Made by a program: the position numbers and the translations under genes. DNA of 64,000 bases, taken from IMG/VR virus record IMGVR_UViG_3300001533_003062, positions 26,327-90,326 of that record, one strand, 5' to 3'. Of this stretch, positions 61,562-64,000 are shown piece after piece. The DNA comes from a virus. Position 1 is the first letter of the stretch, and each line of letters opens with the position of its first letter. The notes below the pieces were generated by a model. The model did not search any database. It saw only the letters and a program-made list of their open reading frames with translations, and was not told the origin of the DNA.

Positions 61562-62005
61562 CTATAAATCGGAGACCTTAGTGCCTTCAGGTATCCCCGG
61601 CTTCTTAGGACCTACAACCTCGGGGGTACTTTCCCCTATTTCCTTTAGGGTACTTAAAATTTTGGGTTTTACCGTACTAGTAAGGTAATTTCTTATCTTC
61701 CCCATCTCATTAAGTATCATTTGATACTCTCCCCTGAACTTAGGGTTAGTCTTTTTTACAGAGATACCCCTGGTCACCCTATCCTTTGTTATGCCCCATT
61801 TTTTTAAGTTAGCACCAAAGTCCGCTAACATACTATTAAGGGTTATACCGAGTTCCTCCAGGGCCGATAGAATCTCAGGGGACTTATCTTCTGATAAAGA
61901 CTCTGCGGTATTAGCAATAATATCCATTCCGTAAGCAAGGTCATAATTCCCTGAGGACTCAAACAAGTCCGAGATACTATCCATAGATGCTATAATTTCC
62001 CTCAT
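61562..62005 (-). CDS. Hypothetical protein with shared N-terminal leader
   Basis: Start MREIIASMDSISDLFESSG at 62005 with GGAGGTG. Confidence 0.65.
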   Translation of the reverse strand: MREIIASMDSISDLFESSGNYDLAYGMDIIANTAESLSEDKSPEILSALEELGITLNSMLADFGANLKKWGITKDRVTRGISVKKTNPKFRGEYQMILNEMGKIRNYLTSTVKPKILSTLKEIGESTPEVVGPKKPGIPEGTKVSDL

Positions 62006-62114
62006 CTCACCTCCCATATAACGGATAAAAGTCTATAGAACATAAACTTTTATTACTAGATTATTATAATAACACCGACTTAAATAGTATATTATGTGTA
62101 GGAGGGAAATAACT

Positions 62115-62459
62115 ATGCAATACTCGATAAATGACTATAAGAGATTCTCAGAGATATTAGATAGACTCTATCTAGGACTAGGACTTGAATTTGGAAAGCC
62201 CTCTAATATTACAAAATGCCTCGTAGCATATGAAGACACTTCTGGGAGTGACCTCCTAATACGGTATATCGAATTAATTGAAAAAAGCGGCCCAGAAGAA
62301 GGACCCCTGTTCGTGTCAAAAACACATAAAGAACTCCTGCTTTCTATCTTGTTTGAGGATGGCTTAGAAAAGGCGATATTAAACATATCACACGAAAACC
62401 TACATATCAAAGCCGCCTCTGAGCTACGCCTAAGCTTTCAAGAGCGTCCTCGTAGCTAA
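62115..62459 (+). CDS. Small hypothetical protein, paralog of 61209-61547
   Basis: ATG at 62115 with AGGAGG; C-terminus LFEDGLEKAILNIS..HIKAASELRL. Confidence 0.6.
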   Translation: MQYSINDYKRFSEILDRLYLGLGLEFGKPSNITKCLVAYEDTSGSDLLIRYIELIEKSGPEEGPLFVSKTHKELLLSILFEDGLEKAILNISHENLHIKAASELRLSFQERPRS

Positions 62460-62461
62460 AA

Positions 62462-62575
62462 TTAAAAACCAGGTGTTGAATATTTCATTTTAGGCTCTGG
62501 ATAATTCGCCTCTTCAGGGCAGTCCTCTTCAGGGCAGTCCTCGGGTTGTGTTTCTGCTTGCTTTGTCCCTCTCAA
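62462..62575 (-). CDS. Possible 37-aa peptide with EDCPE tandem repeat
   Basis: TTG with GGAGG 8 nt upstream; 15-bp direct repeat keeps the frame. Confidence 0.35.
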   Translation of the reverse strand: MRGTKQAETQPEDCPEEDCPEEANYPEPKMKYSTPGF

Positions 62576-62600
62576 TTAACCGTCCTCCTGTCTAAATATT

Positions 62601-62733
62601 AAAAGGTGTGGCCTTCGTTTGCGGCTGTAGAATTATCGCTGGATCTAAAGTCATCAAGCACCCGAGGGCGAGCCGGGGACGCCCTCGTGAGGGCCCTTTG
62701 TCTACTATTTCTCTCCGTTTGCCTGCCACACCC
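62601..62733 (-). ncRNA. Candidate structured small RNA, about 130 nt
   Basis: Closing stem GGTGTGGC/GCCACACC followed by TTTT, internal GTAGA/TCTAC and CGAGGGCG/CGCCCTCG pairs, AGTATATT motif about 18 nt upstream. Confidence 0.4.
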
Positions 62734-62810
62734 ATATCAACTTCTACTTTAATATACTATTAAGGACCTCTAATCTTAAAGCTATTTATAGTCCTCTACA
62801 ATATAAAACC

Positions 62811-62852
62811 ATCAACTATCCCCAACAAAAGGGGGAGTTGGGGATAGTTGAT
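62811..62852. terminator. 16-bp perfect hairpin
   Basis: ATCAACTATCCCCAAC-N10-GTTGGGGATAGTTGAT downstream of 62927-63754. Confidence 0.55.
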
Positions 62853-62926
62853 CGTGCAAAAACACACACTGAAAAATTCTAATCTGGAGTTAATAACAGC
62901 TAATTGGGGAGAGGATTTGAGCCATT

Positions 62927-63754
62927 CTAATTAAAATTCTCTAAGAAGTCCAAATATAAGGACTGGTCGCCTGCCACCCGGTAGAGTTCTTCTCTGTATG
63001 GAGCATACTTCTTACCCTTGTTAAAGAGTCTTTTTAGTCTGCTCATGTGGAGATGGCCCGCTATCTTACCGTAATCATAAAACGATAACGCCTTGCCCTC
63101 CTCATAGCATGTTTTTAAGTAAGACTCAACATTTGATCTAGGTTTTTCATATCCTTTTTTACTATGCTTAACGACCCTCTGAAGGCCCATCTCTCGGACC
63201 CATCGACTTATTACAGGTTCTGATTTTTTGTACTTTTCACACAGGCCGCCGTAGGGCATACCAGCTTCATAATCTTTTTTGAATTGGACAGGGTCTTCAG
63301 GGTAGGATTTTTCAGGGGGAGGGCAATTGAATACCTTACCATACCTCTCTTTCAATGTTTTTAATCGCTTATCAATTACTTCTGGAGCGGCACAAGAATA
63401 TGCTACCCCGTATTTTTCTATATTAGTCTTTTCCCTCTGCTCCTGATTAGTATAATTAGGGTCTCCATACCGTTCTAGCTTAGTCTGCTCACCCTTTTCA
63501 CGTACCCTAGGGTCCTTAAGAGGGTGCCCGCCTTCATAAACGCTATACATTAACCTTCGGGCTTCTTCATTCCTCCAATTAGGATCACCATGTTTTTCTT
63601 GGGTAGTATCCTTACGTTTTTCTATAACGCTATGGGATATTAGAGGACTGTTATACTTACTATAATATTCTTCTTTGCTCATATCATGGTGATTCTTTAT
63701 GTGCTGAGAAATATCCAATCCTGAAAAGCCACAAATTTTACACTCTACACTCAT
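62927..63754 (-). CDS. Zinc-finger plus KYG-repeat DNA-binding protein, homing-endonuclease-related, no nuclease motif seen
   Basis: CKICG..HIKNHH; T.LE(K/R)YG repeats as in 39013-41490; HTH-like KSEPVISRWV. Confidence 0.6.
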   Translation of the reverse strand: MSVECKICGFSGLDISQHIKNHHDMSKEEYYSKYNSPLISHSVIEKRKDTTQEKHGDPNWRNEEARRLMYSVYEGGHPLKDPRVREKGEQTKLERYGDPNYTNQEQREKTNIEKYGVAYSCAAPEVIDKRLKTLKERYGKVFNCPPPEKSYPEDPVQFKKDYEAGMPYGGLCEKYKKSEPVISRWVREMGLQRVVKHSKKGYEKPRSNVESYLKTCYEEGKALSFYDYGKIAGHLHMSRLKRLFNKGKKYAPYREELYRVAGDQSLYLDFLENFN

Positions 63755-63823
63755 TTTTAACCTGGTTTATTAAACTTATAAAAAGTTTAAAGGGACACCT
63801 TTCTATGCCCTTTAAGTTTTACG

Positions 63824-64000
63824 TTAACTTCTTGTTTCCCAGAGGCCAGTTTCATAAACCAGCGAAGGCTGGAGTACCAGAGCTTGCCTCTCCACAAGCT
63901 TTGGCGGCAAACCCTGCCGCAATATGTTTTGAGCTGCGTTTAGATCTCTATCGAGTACTAATCCACAATCACACTTAAATACTCTATCACTAAGTTTCAT
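63824..64000 (-). mobile_element. tnpB: 3' end of a further tnpB (continues beyond the window)
   Basis: LSDRVFKCDCGLVLDRDLNAAQNIL, TAA at 63824-63826; imperfect hairpin at 63781-63820. Confidence 0.85.

Noticed and set aside
62601-62733. tRNA or c-di-GMP riboswitch (GGCAAAC)
   Set aside because: No cloverleaf or T-loop and no matching riboswitch architecture; kept only as an unknown RNA candidate

Overview
AT-rich segment of a large contractile-tailed (myovirus-type, probably jumbo) phage genome, almost entirely encoded on the minus strand. Left half (1-30 kb) is a tail module: a giant ORF of more than 3318 codons missing from the ORF track because it runs off the window edge, then spike/hub, a tube-initiator paralog fused to a lytic transglycosylase, tape measure, two chaperones, tube, sheath and a tail-completion-like protein. 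The middle (30-51 kb) has an actin-like ATPase, neck proteins, a beta-helix protein, several small GxTG-rich proteins and a 1575-aa GT2-TPR-GT4-GT2-GT4-methyltransferase fusion. The right part (42-62 kb) has enzymes, some sharing an N-terminal leader that suggests head packaging: a P-loop kinase, an Acb1-like 2H phosphoesterase coupled to an Acb2/Tad1-like protein, a cupin, an HExxH peptidase and a CCA/poly(A)-type nucleotidyltransferase. Selfish elements are three tnpB loci (intact, decayed, partial), an orphan IS200/IS605 right end and homing-endonuclease-like ORFs, one fused to a Mom-like domain. A 16-bp motif recurs before minus-strand transcription units. Best candidates for new biology are a virion O-glycosylation system with a GxTG sequon and a leader-tagged, capsid-packaged anti-defence cargo set. 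All calls come from reading motifs by eye; no searches were run.
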